From Squalus acanthias (lineage: Eukaryota): a stretch of DNA of 64,000 nt. Below, piece after piece: positions 1-11,654 of the stretch (within the stretch, counting starts at the first letter, position 1; each line of letters begins with the position of its first letter). Below the pieces are notes generated by a model that made no database searches, was not told where the DNA came from, and saw only the letters and a program-made list of their open reading frames with translations. The stretch covers positions 3,288,001 to 3,352,000 of the forward strand of contig JASTWF010000036.1 in assembly GCA_030390025.1 (NCBI GenBank), in the 5' to 3' direction. The translations under genes were made by a program, and so were the position numbers.

Positions 1-729
1 ACAAGTAAATCGCTGTTTCACCTGGAAGGGGTGTTTGGGGCCCTGGACAGTGGGAAGAGGGGAGGTATAAGGGCATGTGTTGCATCTCCTGCGCGTGCAC
101 GGGAAGGTGCCGGGCGAAGGGGAAGGGGTGCTGGGGGTGGTAGAGGAGTGGACTAGGGTGTCGCGGAGGGAGCGGTCCCTGCGGAATGCTGAAAGGGGAG
201 GTGAGGGGAAGATGTGTTTGGTGGTGGGATCACGCTGGAGGTGGCGGAAATGGCGGAGGATGATCCGTTGAATGTGGAGGCTGGTGGGGTGAAAGGTGAG
301 GACAAGGGGAACCCTATCGTGGTTCCGGGAGGGAGGGGCAGGGGTGAGGGCAGATGTGCGGGAGATAGAACGGACACGGTCGAGGGCCGTGTCGACCACG
401 GTAGAGGGGAATCCTCGGTTGAGGAAAAAGGAAGACATGTCGGAAGCACTGGTATGGAAGGTGGCATCATCAGAGCAGATGCGGCGGAGACGGAGAAACT
501 GGGAGAATGGAATAGAGTCCTTACAGGAGGCGGGGTGGGAGGAAGTGTAGTCCAGGTAGCTGTGGGAGTCGGTGGGCTTGTAGTGAATGTTAGTCAATAA
601 CCTATCCCCAGAGATGGAGATGGAGAAGTCGAGGAAGGGAAGAGAAGAGTCGGAGATGGACCATGTGAAGGTGAGGGAAGGGTGGAAATTGGAAGCATAG
701 TGAATGAAATGTTCTAGTTCAGGGCGAGA
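1..729 (-). mobile_element. Penelope-like retroelement ORF fragment (RT C-terminus/thumb, linker, start of GIY-YIG region)
   Basis: Minus-strand translation gives SNFHPSLTFTWSISDSSLPFLDFSISISGDRLLTNIHYKPTDSHSYLDYTSSHPASCKDSIPFSQFLRLRRICS...PCTRRRCNTCP...FQVKQRFTC. This is typical of vertebrate Penelope-like RT-EN proteins. The fragment runs off the window edge and is cut by CR1 at about 730. Confidence 0.88.
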
Positions 730-730
730 G

Positions 731-3257
731 CACAGTAATGCTGAGGTTGGGGATGGCATTAAACGGGAAATTAGAGATGCGTGCAATAAGGGCACAGCAG
801 TTATCATGGGTGACTTTAATCTACATATAGATTGGGCTAACCAAATTAGTAACAATACTGTGGAGGAGGAATTCCTAGAGTGTTTACAGGATGGTTTCCT
901 GGACCAATATGTAAAATGTCGAGGAACCAACTAGAGATCAGGCCATCTTAGACTGGGTATTATGTAATGAGAAAGGATTCATTAGCAATCTTGTTGTGTG
1001 AGGCTCCTTGGGTCGGAGCGATCATAATATGATAGAATTCTTCATTAAGATGGAGAGTGAAGTAGTTGACTCAGAGACTAGGGTCCTGAATTTAAATAAA
1101 GGAAACTACGATGGTATGAGGCGCGAATTGGCTAGGATGGATTGGGGAACGTTACTTAAAGGGTTGACGGTGGATAGGCAATGGCAAACATTTAAAGATC
1201 GCATGGATGAACTATAGAATTTGTTCATCCCTGTTTGGCATAAAAATAAAACAAAAAAGGTGACTCAACCGTGGCTAACAAGGGAAATTAGGGATAGCAT
1301 AAGATCCAAGGAGAGGACATATAAATTGGCCAGAAAAAGCAGCAAACCTGAGGATTGGGAGCAGTTTAGGATTCAGCAAAGGAGGACAAAGGGATTAATT
1401 AAGAGGGGGAAAATAGAGTATGAGAGTAAGCTTTCAGGGAACATAAAAACTGACTGTAAAAGCTTCTATAGATATGTGAAGAGAAAAAGATTGGTGAAGT
1501 CAAGCGTAGGTCCCTTGCAGTCAGAATCAGGGGAATTTATAATGGGGAACAAAGAAATGGCACACCAATTAAATGCATACTTTGGTTCTGTCTTCACAAA
1601 GGAGGACACAGATAACCTCCCAGAGATGTCAGGGAACATAGGGGCTAATGAGAGGGAAGAACTGAATGAAATCAGTATTTGTAGGGAAATGGTGTTAGGA
1701 AAATTGACGGGATTGAAGGCCGATAAATCCCCAGGGCCTGATAATCTACATCCTAGGGTACTTAAGGAAGTGGCCCTAGAAATAGTAGATGCATTGCTGG
1801 TCATCTTCCAGAATTCTATGGACTCTGGAACAGTTCCCATGGATTGGAGGGTAGCTAATGTAACCCCACTATTTAAAAAAGGTGGGAGAGAGAAAACAGG
1901 GAATTATAGACCGGTGGGCCTGACATCGGTAGTGGGGAAAATGCTAGAGTCCATTATAAAAGATGTAATAGCAGAGCACTTGGAAAGCAGTGACAGGATC
2001 GGACAAAGTCAACATGGATTTACAAAAGGTAGATCATGCTTGACTAATCTGCTGGAATTTTTTGAGGATGTAGCTGGTAGAGTGGATAAGGGAGAACCAG
2101 TGGATGTGGTGTATTTGGACTTTCAGAAGGCTTTCGATAAGGTCCCGCATAAGAGATTAGCGTGCAAAGTTAAAGCACATGGGATTGGGGGTAAGGTACT
2201 GACTTGGATAGAGAACTGGTTGACAGACAGGAGGCAAAGAGTTGGAATAAATGGGTCTTTTTCCGAGTGGTGGGCAGTGACTAGTGGAGTACCGCAGGGA
2301 TCGGTGCTGGGACCCCAGTTATTCACAATGTATGTTTATGATCTGGACGAGGGAACTAGATGTAATATCTCCAAGTTTGCAGATGACACAAAGCTGGGTG
2401 GGTGTGTGTGTTGTGAGGAGGATGCAGAGAAACTCCAGTATGATTTGGACAAGTTGGGTGATTGGGCAGATGCATGGCAGATGCAGTATAATGTGGATAA
2501 ATGCGAGGTTATCCACATTGGTGGCAAAAACAGGAAGGCAGATTATTATCTGAATGGCAATAGATTGGGAGGCGGGGAGGTGCAACGAGACCTGGGAGTC
2601 CTTGTGCTCCAGTCGTTGAAGGTAAGCATGCAGGTGCAGCAGGCGGTTAAAGGAGCAAGGATGTCTTGCTGCAGTTGTACAGGGCCTTGGTGAGACCACA
2701 CCTTGAGTATTGTGTGCAGTTTTGGTCGCCTTATCTGAGGAAGGATGTTCTTGCCATGGAGGGAGTGCAGCGAAGATTCACCAGACTGATACCTGGGATG
2801 GCAGGAATGACGTATGAAGAGAGATTGGGACGATTGGGCTTGTATTCGCTAGAGTTTGGAAGAATGAGAGGGGATCTCATTGAAACTTATAAAATTCTAA
2901 CAGGACTAGACAGACTAGATGCAGGAAGGATGTTCCCGATGGCGGGGGAGTCCAGAACCAGGGGTCACAGTCTAAGGATAAGGGGTAAGCCATTTGGGAC
3001 TGAGATGAGGAGGAATTTCTTCACCCAGAGAGTGGTGAACCTGTGGAATTCTCTACCACAGAAGGCAGTTGAGGCCAATTCATTAAATGTATTCGGGAAG
3101 GAGTTAGATGTATTTCTTAAGGCTGGGGGGATCGGGGGATGTGGAGAGAAAGCAGGGACAGGGTACTGAATTTGGATGATCAGCCATAATCTCATTAAAT
3201 GGCGGAGCAGGCTCGAGGGGCCGAATGGCCTACTCCTGCTCCTATCTTCCTATGTTT
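731..3257 (+). mobile_element. CR1 LINE, 5'-truncated ORF2 (APE endonuclease C-terminus plus RT) and 3' UTR; degenerate
   Basis: APE motifs VIMGDFN and SDHNMIEF. RT motifs [37 protein letters not shown] and KFADDTKL. C-terminal RPHLEYCVQFWSP. Stops, frameshifts and a small deletion near 2650. Tail ...cctactcctgctcctatcttcctatg. Confidence 0.96.
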
Positions 3258-3997
3258 CAAGTGCTCATCTAAATGCTTCTGGAATGTTGTGAGGGTTCCT
3301 GCCTCTACCACCCTTTCAGGCAGTGAGTTCCAGATTCCAACCACCCTCTGGGTGAAAAAGTTTTTCCTCAAATCCCCTCTAAACCTCCTGCCCCTTACCT
3401 TGAAACTATGCCCCCTGGTTATTGACCCCTCTACTAAGGGGAAAAGTTCCTTTCTATCTACCCTATCTATGCCCCTCATAATTTTGTACACCTCAATCAG
3501 GTCCCCCCTCAGCCTTCTCTGCTCTAAGGAAAACAACCCCAGCCTGTCCAGTCTCTCTTCATAGCTGAAGCGCTCCAGCCCAGGTAACATCCTGGTGAAT
3601 CTCCTCTGCACCCTCTCCAATGCAATCACATCCTTCCTATAGTGTGGCGACCAGAACTGCACACAGTATTCCAGCTGTGGCCTAACTAGCGTTTTGTACA
3701 GCTCCATCATAACCTCCCTGCTCTTATATTCTATGCCTCGGCTAATGAAGGCAAGTATCCCATATTCCTTTTTAACCACCTTATCTACCTGTCCTGCTGC
3801 CTTCGGGGATCTATGTACATGCACACCAAGATCCCTCTGATCCTCTGTCCTTCCTAGGGTCCTACCATTCATTGTGTATTCCCTTGCCTTGTTAGTCCTC
3901 CCAAAATGCATCACCTCACACTTTTCAGGGTTAAATTCCATTTGCCACTATTCTGCCCATCTGACCAACCCGTCTATATCGTCCTGTAGCCTGAGGC
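3256..3997 (-). mobile_element. CR1 LINE 3' ORF2 fragment, tail-to-tail with the preceding copy
   Basis: ORF 3195..3941(-): MEFNPEKCEVMHFG...RPQLEYCVQFWSPHY...FFTQRVVGIWNSLP. Confidence 0.93.
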
Positions 3998-4121
3998 TTC
4001 CTGTCCTAATATCTCCTTATGTGGCTCGGTGTCAAATTTTGTTTGATAATCGCTCCTGTGAAGCACCTTGGGACGTTTTACTACGTTAAAGACGCCATAT
4101 AAATGCAAGTTGTTGTTGTTG
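3998..4121 (+). mobile_element. L2 LINE 3' end
   Basis: Reverse complement of the 3' end of the L2 copy at 15502-16010; ends ...atataaatgcaag(ttg)n. Confidence 0.8.
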
Positions 4122-4311
4122 TATATTGTAATGAATTTCACATAATCCCAACAGGATGTAGGGAAATGTCTGTATACTTGAAGGCAAGTTGTCTCTTGTT
4201 CCTCTGCTTTACGCTTCAAAGCCATGATGTGGAGATGCCGGTGTTGGACTGGGGTGGACAAAGTGAGAAGTCGCACAACACCAGGTTATAGTCCAACAGC
4301 TTTATTTGAAA

Positions 4312-4348
4312 TCACAAGCTTTCGGAGCGCTGCTCCTTCATCAGGTGA
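4312..4348 (-). ncRNA. Minimal type I hammerhead ribozyme motif
   Basis: Minus strand reads tcac-CTGATGA-a-ggagc(agc)gctcc-GAAA-gct-t-gtga: stem I tcac/gtga, a 5-bp stem II, and a palindromic AGCT stem III of the dimer type. Confidence 0.8.
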
Positions 4349-4350
4349 AG

Positions 4351-4387
4351 TCACCTGACGAAGGAGCAGCGCTCCGAAAGCTTGTGA
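4351..4387 (+). ncRNA. Minimal type I hammerhead ribozyme motif
   Basis: tcac-CTGACGA-a-ggagc(agc)gctcc-GAAA-gct-t-gtga. Confidence 0.8.
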
Positions 4388-4824
4388 TTTCAAATAAAGC
4401 TGTTGGACTATAACCTGGTGTTGTGTGACTTCTCACTTTTACGCTTCAAAGCCACTGGTTAAAGCCATCCAGGGAGCAGACATGAGTCAGTGCCTTCAGA
4501 ATGGATGCATCGCGTGGGTGACACACGAAGAGGAAAATCAGGCGTGATGGATTGCCGCCCGTAACACCTCCCATCTGATTTTCCATCCATTCATTTTCTT
4601 TTTGTAGCGGGGAAGCTTTGGGTATTAAAGCGGGGAACTGAAAGAGAGCTGAATTTCCCGGCTATCTGATTGGTTCAATGTTTCTATCCTGAGTAACAGC
4701 CTATCAGGAAGCTCAGACAGGAGCGTACACTGACTCAATCAGAAAGCTCGAGCAACAAATAAATGTATTAAATAATAGATTAAAGGTCTGAAGATAAATC
4801 GGTGATGTGTTCTATAAAATGATT

Positions 4825-5230
4825 AAAAGAAAAAGAAAGACTTGCATTTATATAGCGCCTTTCACGACCACCAGACGTCCGAAAGCGCTTTACAGCCAAT
4901 GAAGTACTTTTTGAAGTGTAGTCACTGTTGTAATGTGGGAAACGCAGCAGCCAATTTGCGCACAGCAAGCTCCCACAAACAGCAATGTGATAATGACCAG
5001 ATCATCTGTTTTTGTTATGTTGGTTGAGGGATAAATATTGGCCAGGACACCGGGGAGAACTCCCCTGCTCTTCTTCAAAATAGTGCCATGGGATCTTTTA
5101 CGTCCACCTGAGAGAGCAGGCAGGGCCTCGGTTTAACGTCTCATCCGAAAGATGGCACCTCTGACAGTGCAGCACTCCCTCAGCACTGCACTGGAGTGTC
5201 AGCTTAGATTTACGTGCTCAAGTCCCTGGA
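4825..5230 (-). mobile_element. Deu-domain tRNA-derived SINE (SacSINE1/AmnSINE1-like), head truncated
   Basis: Reverse complement of the 5832-6303 copy; Deu-like core ctctcaggtggacgtaaaagatcccatggcactatt; L2-type tail. Confidence 0.85.
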
Positions 5231-5309
5231 TTAAGCGTAAAAACAGCCAAGGTGTATGTATACAAAACGGGGGAGGGGGGAAACAAACAACAAAAAGAGT
5301 TTGTCTGAC

Positions 5310-5437
5310 CATCATTATCAATGTTGACTTGATCACACTCGTCGTCTTCAGTTATTATTGGGCAGGCAAAGAGTCCTCCAGTGCGGTTCGCGAGCTGTTG
5401 TGATTGGGCACGGGCCTGAGGTGCTCCCACCAAAATC
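5310..5437 (-). CDS. ITGA7: Internal coding exon (exon 2 equivalent) of a laminin-binding integrin alpha chain, ITGA7-like
   Basis: Acceptor tcttttttgttgttcctttgcag| and donor |gtcaga; 128 bp, phase 2 to phase 1. Encodes ILVGAPQARAQSQQLANRTGGLFACPIITEDDECDQVNIDND (FG-GAP repeat 1). This matches the recalled ITGA7 sequence LLVGAPQALALPGQQANRTGGLFACPLSLEETDCYRVDID better than ITGA6 or ITGA3. Paralog assignment is less sure than the family call. Confidence 0.88.
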
Positions 5438-5831
5438 CTGCAAAGGAACAACAAAAAAGATTTTTAACGCGCTGGCGCTAACAAACTGTAGGGCATAGCC
5501 AAGGACTAATGACTCTGTGTGATTCTGCCACAGAACAGCACCAGAATGCAGACCAATGCCAGACTGCAACGAGGCCTGAATGATGCGGCCATGGACCAGT
5601 TGCAACTGGAATCTGGCACCCAACTCTTTCATGTAACATCTTTGAGTCTGCTTGGGGATCCATTGCCAAGGCATCAGCCAATGTTGCACTGTAATAGGCC
5701 AGAAAGAGACTAGGAGCTGCAGAGATGACTCAGCCACTGATTTCCCATCTATCCAGAGGGAAAGCGCTCCGAGTCTCTTCTAATTCTCACCACCCCCTCC
5801 CCAATCACGACCAGGACAAGATCAGGAACTT

Positions 5832-6303
5832 GTCAGCCGTGGCTCAGTGGGTCGCACTCTTGCCTCTGAGTCAGAAGGTTGTGGGTTCAAGTCCCACTCC
5901 AGGGACCTGAGCACATAATCTAGGCTGACACTCCCAGTGCAGTAGTGAGGGAGTGCCGCACTGTCGGAGGTGCCGTCTTTCAGATGAGACGTTAAACTGA
6001 GGCCCCGTCTGCCCTCTCAGGTGGACGTAAAAGATCCCATGACACTATTTCGAAGAAGAGCAGGGGAGTTATCCCCGGTGTCCCGGCCAATATTTATCCC
6101 TCAGCCAACATCACTAAAAAAAAAACCCACATGATCTGGTCATTATCACATTGCTGTTTGTGGGAGCTTGCTGTGCGCAAACTGGCTGCTGCCTTTCCCA
6201 CATTACAACAGTGACTACACTTCAAAAGTACTTCAGTGGCTGTAAAGCACTTTGGGACGTCCTGAGGTCGTGAAAGGCGCGATAGAAATGCAAGTCTTTC
6301 TTT
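5832..6303 (+). mobile_element. Full-length Deu-domain tRNA-derived SINE (SacSINE1-like)
   Basis: Pol III box A tggctcagtgg, box B ggttcaagtcc, Deu-like core, and tail gaaaggcgcgatagaaatgcaagtctttcttt shared with the L2 3' end. Confidence 0.88.
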
Positions 6304-6917
6304 GTCATGTGAGCATCATGGGAACAACCTGATTTCCTGCCAGAGTGTTGTCATAACAACCCACCTGCGATAGCGGCTTACGTTGCAGAAGTGTGCTAAC
6401 ATAATATCCATGCCGGCTTTCCCCGTGTTCTTCGCGTTTACGAGCGAGTTAGAGGAGGACAGAAGCAATAAAGTAAATTGCTATCTTTTCCTCTATCCCT
6501 CTCTGATTCAGCAGTTAAAACCATCTGATGGCATTTATGAGCCTACATTCATCAAAAGATGACATACAAAAATGTTGAGGACAAAAAAAAAGACCAGTGG
6601 GCCCATCAAACTTGGCAACTGTGATAAACTGATATTCTTGTAAACAACATACTGTATTGTTCTGGAAGAAAGAATAGATTATACTCTCCTGTAATTTTGC
6701 CCCTTGTGCCTGTTATGGAACAATGCAAATACACTGCTCGTATCCAAACTCACCCGAATGGTTTCGCCTCCATTACCCCACCTAGCAAATTATTCTGAGT
6801 AAAGACGTTCTTCCAGATATCGGTTTTACTTTACACCGATTTTAAAATGCCCAATTAAGCTACATCACCAGGAGTTACACTATCTGCCAATTCCTTCATA
6901 TTTCCTTTCTCTAATAT

Positions 6918-7165
6918 AACAACAACTTGCATTTATATAGCGCCTTTAACATAGTAAAACGTCTCAAGGCGCTGAACAGGAGCGTAATCAGACAAAAAAA
7001 TTGCCACGGAACCAAAGGAGGAGACATTGGGACAAGTGACCAAAAGCTTAGTCAAAGAGGTAGGTTTTAAGGAGCATCTTAAAGGAGGAGAGAGAGGTAG
7101 AGAGGTTTAGGGATGAATTCAAGAGCTTGGGGCCTAGACAGCTGAAGGCACGGCTGCCAATAGTG
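6918..7165 (-). mobile_element. L2 LINE 3' fragment
   Basis: (aac)n-ttgcatttatatagcgcc tail followed by homology to 15502-16010. Confidence 0.82.
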
Positions 7166-7639
7166 CCGCCTTATAAAGTGCCCTTCTCCTATCAAGACAC
7201 TTATCCTGTCTCCACACCTTATCTCACATACCCTTGGCATTTTATCTCCTTCCGTTAGGAGATTACTTTCCTATAATCTTGCCCCATGAATGACAGATGC
7301 CAGTCATGGCACAGTGCAAACACACACAAACTGCCTGCATGACCAACAACCTCCTCACGTGTGCAGTCAATTCACTGAGGCGTGATGCCAGTCACATTTT
7401 ACCAACAGAAATGGAGACGGGGTGGGGGCAGTGGGGGAGAAAGGGACAGAGAAACAAAAATATCTGTTCTGTATCCATCAGACAAACCAATAGATGGACA
7501 GGAATGAACGGCAGATCTGTGGTGGACTGTGAATTGCTGTTGGACTTGAACACACACCACACTTATCTCATCCGGGTACTGAAATTCTCATGTGGCTCAC
7601 GTTTTATAGAGGTTCCAGCAGCATCATTGATTCATTTTT

Positions 7640-7995
7640 TTCCGTTTAATTTTCTCCCCCCCCCTCCTCTGCTGAAGCCATTCAGTATCTCACCACAGTG
7701 GCCATTCTTCAGGTATGATGAGCCTGGACTGTGAATGCCAACAAGTTATTTGAATGTGGGGGGACACCCTAACTGGGCCCGCTCCTGTTGTCACCAGATG
7801 TCTACACATGCACTTTCCGCGGGGGGCGGGGGCGTCACTGGATAGTGACGAAGAGCAGGAACCCTGGCTGATTTCCCCTCCACCTCCGCCAGCCCATCAT
7901 AGTGCCCTCACGAATGCCCTGCCCTGAGATCAGCTAACTCAGCACGGACTGGGGATGAAGTCTGGGTTGCTCTTGCCTGTTTGGCTCAGTGGTGG
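7640..7995 (-). mobile_element. Old SINE-like repeat, family B (unnamed)
   Basis: Shares blocks gtcactggatag, ggaaccctggctgattt and gagatcagctaactcagcac with about ten other copies in the window. Confidence 0.6.
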
Positions 7996-8719
7996 GGCCA
8001 TTATCCATCGGGGAGGGGACCAATAAATTGGACAGCTTGGATCAGGATTAGACAGTTCAGGACTCCTTGATGAAAAGTCACGCATGGCAAGAGTGAGTGA
8101 TTTAGCAGTTTGGAATTCTATGCTTGGATTGGATCAGGTATGTGTTTATCTGCTGTTGACTGTACTGTAAACACAGTTTAAGGGCAAGTGTTGTGCTTTT
8201 TCTCTTTTGGCATTCCCCAGTGAGCTGTAGTACAGAGCCCTATTGTGCTGGTGGTATTTTAGGCAGTTTACTGTCCCTCAACTGTGTTAAAACTTGCTGC
8301 CTTATTTGGACAGCCTTGGGCCTTGAGCACTGTTGCTGCTATTTGAAGCACATTCCTGCAAAGTTCCTTTACCGTGACCAGGCCTTCATACTCATATCAT
8401 CATGGGCCGTGTTTTACTTTAGTGGGTGTTCAAATTTTCTTCATGTTCAATACGATAAACACAGCCCCACTTTACAAAGACAAAAAGCTTGTTTACTTGG
8501 CACAAAGCTGTTCCACCTGGAGTGCCCCCAACCCCAGGTGTCGAAAAGCCCATTTTTCCACCGTTGCCATCTTTCCTGCAAAGCATTCTGGATAGAATGA
8601 CATCATGCTGGCCAACCTGTGCTCCATGGATATCTTCCAGCTTTTTGGTGGCTCATGAATTTAATCGGAATCATTGATCACAATACGAAATTCTGGGCAA
8701 CCTTCGAAAGCTCAGCAAC

Positions 8720-8862
8720 CGAAAATATAATAGAGCAGTCAGCACGGATTTCAAAAGGGAAGGTCATGCTTGACCAACCTTATTGAATTCTTTGAAGAAG
8801 TAACAGAAGGAGTAGACAAGGGTATTGCAGTAGATGTAATATATTTGGATTTTTAAAAGGCC
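8720..8862 (+). mobile_element. CR1 RT fragment
   Basis: [42 protein letters not shown]. Confidence 0.85.
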
Positions 8863-9980
8863 CGAAATAGTGAGACAATGGGAATCGGGAGAAAACTCTC
8901 CACTGGCTGGAGTCATAACTAGCACAAAGGAAGATGGTTGTGGTGGTTGAAGGTCAATCATCACGGCCCCAGGACATCGCTGCAGGAGTTACTCAGGGCA
9001 GTGTTCTAGGCCCAACCATCTTCAGCTGCTTCATCAATGACCTTCCCTCCAACATAAGGTCAGAAATGGGGATGTTTGCTGACAACTGTGCAGTGTTCAG
9101 TGCCATTTGCAACTCCTCAGATAATGAAGCAGTCCATGCCCGCAGGCAACAAGACCTGGATGACGTTCAGGCTTGGGCTGATAAGTGGCAAGTAACATTC
9201 GCGCCACACAAGTGCCAGGCAATGACTATCTCCAACAAGCGAGAGTCTAACCACTGCCCCTTGACATTCAACGGCATTACCATCACCGAATCCCCCACCA
9301 TCAACATCCTGGAGGTCACCATTGACCAGAAACTTAACTGGACCAGCCACATAAATACTGTGGCAACAAGAGCAGGTCAGAGGCTAGGTATTCTGTGGTG
9401 AGTGTCTCACCTCCTGACTCCCCAAAGCCTTTCCACCATCTACAAGGCACAGGTAAGGAGTGTGATGGAATATTCTCCACTTGCCTGGATGAGTGCAGCT
9501 CCAACAACACTCAAGAAACTCGACACCATCCAGGACAAAGCAGCCCTCTTGATTGGCACCCCATCCACCACCTTAAACATTCACTCCCTCCACCACCGGC
9601 GTACCGTGTCTGCAATGTGTACCATCTCCAAGATGCATTGCAGCAACTCGCTTAGGCTTCTTCGGCAACACCTCCCAAACCCGCGACCTCTTCTACCTAG
9701 AAGGACAAGGGCAGCAGGCGCATGGGAACACCACCACCTCCAAGTTCCCCTCTAAGTCACACACCATCCTGACTTAGAAGTATATCGCCGCTCCTTCATC
9801 GTCGCTGGGTCAAAATCCTGGAACTCCCTCCCTAACAGCACTGTGGGAGTACCTTCACCATATGGACTGCAGCGGTTCAAGAAGGCGGCTCACCACCACC
9901 CTCTCAAGGGCAACTAGGGATGGGCAATAAATGCTGGCCTTGCCAGCGACGCCCACATCCCATGAACGAATTTTAAAAAA
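8863..9980 (+). mobile_element. Second non-LTR retrotransposon family (CR1/L2-group RT, distinct from the main CR1), 5'-truncated
   Basis: GVTQGSVLGPTIFSCFINDL, MFADN, YKAQVRSVMEYSPLAW. 3' UTR ...caagggcaactagggatgggcaataaatgctggcc...catcccatgaacgaat. Confidence 0.9.
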
Positions 9981-10924
9981 AGACATTCTACTGAAGACTC
10001 CTGTGCAAACTAGAAGAACATTCTGTGGCTATCCCACCCAGGAACCCGGCTGAAATGTTTCAAAGTACGGAAGCCCAGGTGGCCCCTGTTGCAATTTTGT
10101 TCTGTGCCCTGTGGGCACACTTGAAGCTGTGATCTGATCCACCACCTTTACCTCAACCAGTGGCAGCACCCAATCTCACTGCCACCCCCGTACGGTGAGA
10201 CGCTGAAACACAACAGGATTTGGCCATCACTTGCAAGAGGAGTTTGTATATGAGCAAACTATTGGAATGTTATTTTTTTTTGTGTGGCTGGAACCCTGTT
10301 TTTTTGAATCTGAACTTAAACAAGTTGTCAAATGATTGAAATGTAGTTATTTTTGTGCTGCATATCTGCTGGACACTGAACAGAGAGCCCATCCAACTCC
10401 GTTTCTTTTATTCCCAAGCATTCTTTTTTTGTCTGCGCATAATTTGAACTCAGGCCTCTGAGATGAAAGCGAGATATTCTAGCAGACTGTAGCTCAGGAA
10501 GGAAAATGTGTTTCAGTGAAGTGGGAGACTAAAGCCTAAAATTAACCGATCAGGACATGTATCTTGCTGCTAACTGATGTGGGAGAAGGGTTAAGTATCG
10601 GTTCAAGGTACTGTAACATAAAGTGCTCCTAATTTAGCAACCAGCAGCACCCTCAAAAGGTATCAGGAATAGTAACCTGTCCCCTGCTGCAACTCACTTC
10701 TTCCCAGTTACCTCTAATTTGTACTGTCTTAACCAAGGAGATTACTCACCTCGTCATAGTTACTGTGAACCACAGTTGCCCAGTGTCTCGCCATTACATC
10801 CCCTGCTTTTCAGTTATAACCAGCCACTATCTATTTGCAGAAAATGGGGGGCGGGGGAAGCAACCAGACTCAATCATAAGCTAGAGTGAAGGAGGAAAAA
10901 GGTTTATCCAGCACTACTCATAAT

Positions 10925-11012
10925 GGAGAGCGAGAGAGGAGAGAGAGAGAGACAAAGAGTGGAAAGAGACAGACAGACAGAGAGGAGAGAGAGAGAGAGA
11001 AGGGAGAGAGAG
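10925..11012. repeat. (GA)n-rich microsatellite
   Basis: Direct inspection. Confidence 0.8.
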
Positions 11013-11039
11013 AACCTCATGTAAGAGAAACCCTTCCTG

Positions 11040-11210
11040 ATTTCCACCCCGCCCCCCCCCGCCCTCTAGCTTGGGAGCACTGAGCCAATTGTATAGCCCC
11101 AACTGCTGCCCTGGTCAAGGTCAGCTAACTCAGCATAGACTCGGGATTGAACCTGGGACTCTTCCTGGTCTGTACAGCTCAGTATCACAACATACTGAGC
11201 TATCAGGAGA
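11040..11210 (-). mobile_element. SINE-like family B, tRNA-like head
   Basis: gggattgaacctggga is box B on the minus strand and actgagctatcag is box A on the minus strand; homologous to 55833-56252. Confidence 0.6.
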
Positions 11211-11654
11211 GCTTTCGAATATGGATTTATGGAGAGTTTTAACGGTTCCCAATTTATCCCACAGAACATTTGGTCTGGAAATGGAGAAGGGAGCCGGGTC
11301 ATTCGTGCTGGCATTGTCTCACAGGGAGCTCTGTGTGCGATTTACAAGGTCAACATGGAGACAAGGTTTAAATTTAGGAGCTAAAGGCTAAAATATAGAA
11401 ACCAGAGGAGACATATCAGTTGCCAGGAGCCTCTCAGATATTTGGGAAGATGGCAAACCCTGGATTTGCCCTGTTGGAATTTGGAAGTATCTGATAGAAA
11501 TCTTGGTCTATGGGTGAAATGAAAGACCTTGGATTCAACGTTTTGTTAATGAACCTTCCCATGACATACTGTTTAACTTACATCTCTCCTCTACATCTTA
11601 AATGTTTAGTCTATATCTCTTAAGTGTTAAACCTGGTCTGCATGCTGACACTAT

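Larger units (their letters stand above)
4225..4437. mobile_element. Mini Penelope-like insertion: inverted pseudo-LTR pair with 17-bp TSD
   Basis: Inverted repeat with about 89-bp arms (4260-4348 and 4351-4439) plus a ~35-bp tail on the left arm. TSD tttacgcttcaaagcca at 4208-4224 and 4438-4454. The arm sequence matches the 3' end of the GIY-YIG-bearing fragment at 46213-46659. Confidence 0.88.

Noticed and set aside
1221..2693. 490-aa RT ORF as an active or host gene
   Set aside because: Part of a 5'-truncated CR1 with upstream stops and an internal deletion/frameshift.
5832..5910. tRNA gene
   Set aside because: Boxes A and B belong to a SINE head; no convincing cloverleaf, and it continues into the SINE body.
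8190..8710. Possible exon or pseudogene in unique-looking sequence
   Set aside because: No recognisable protein in the frames I translated and no convincing splice pair; needs BLASTX.
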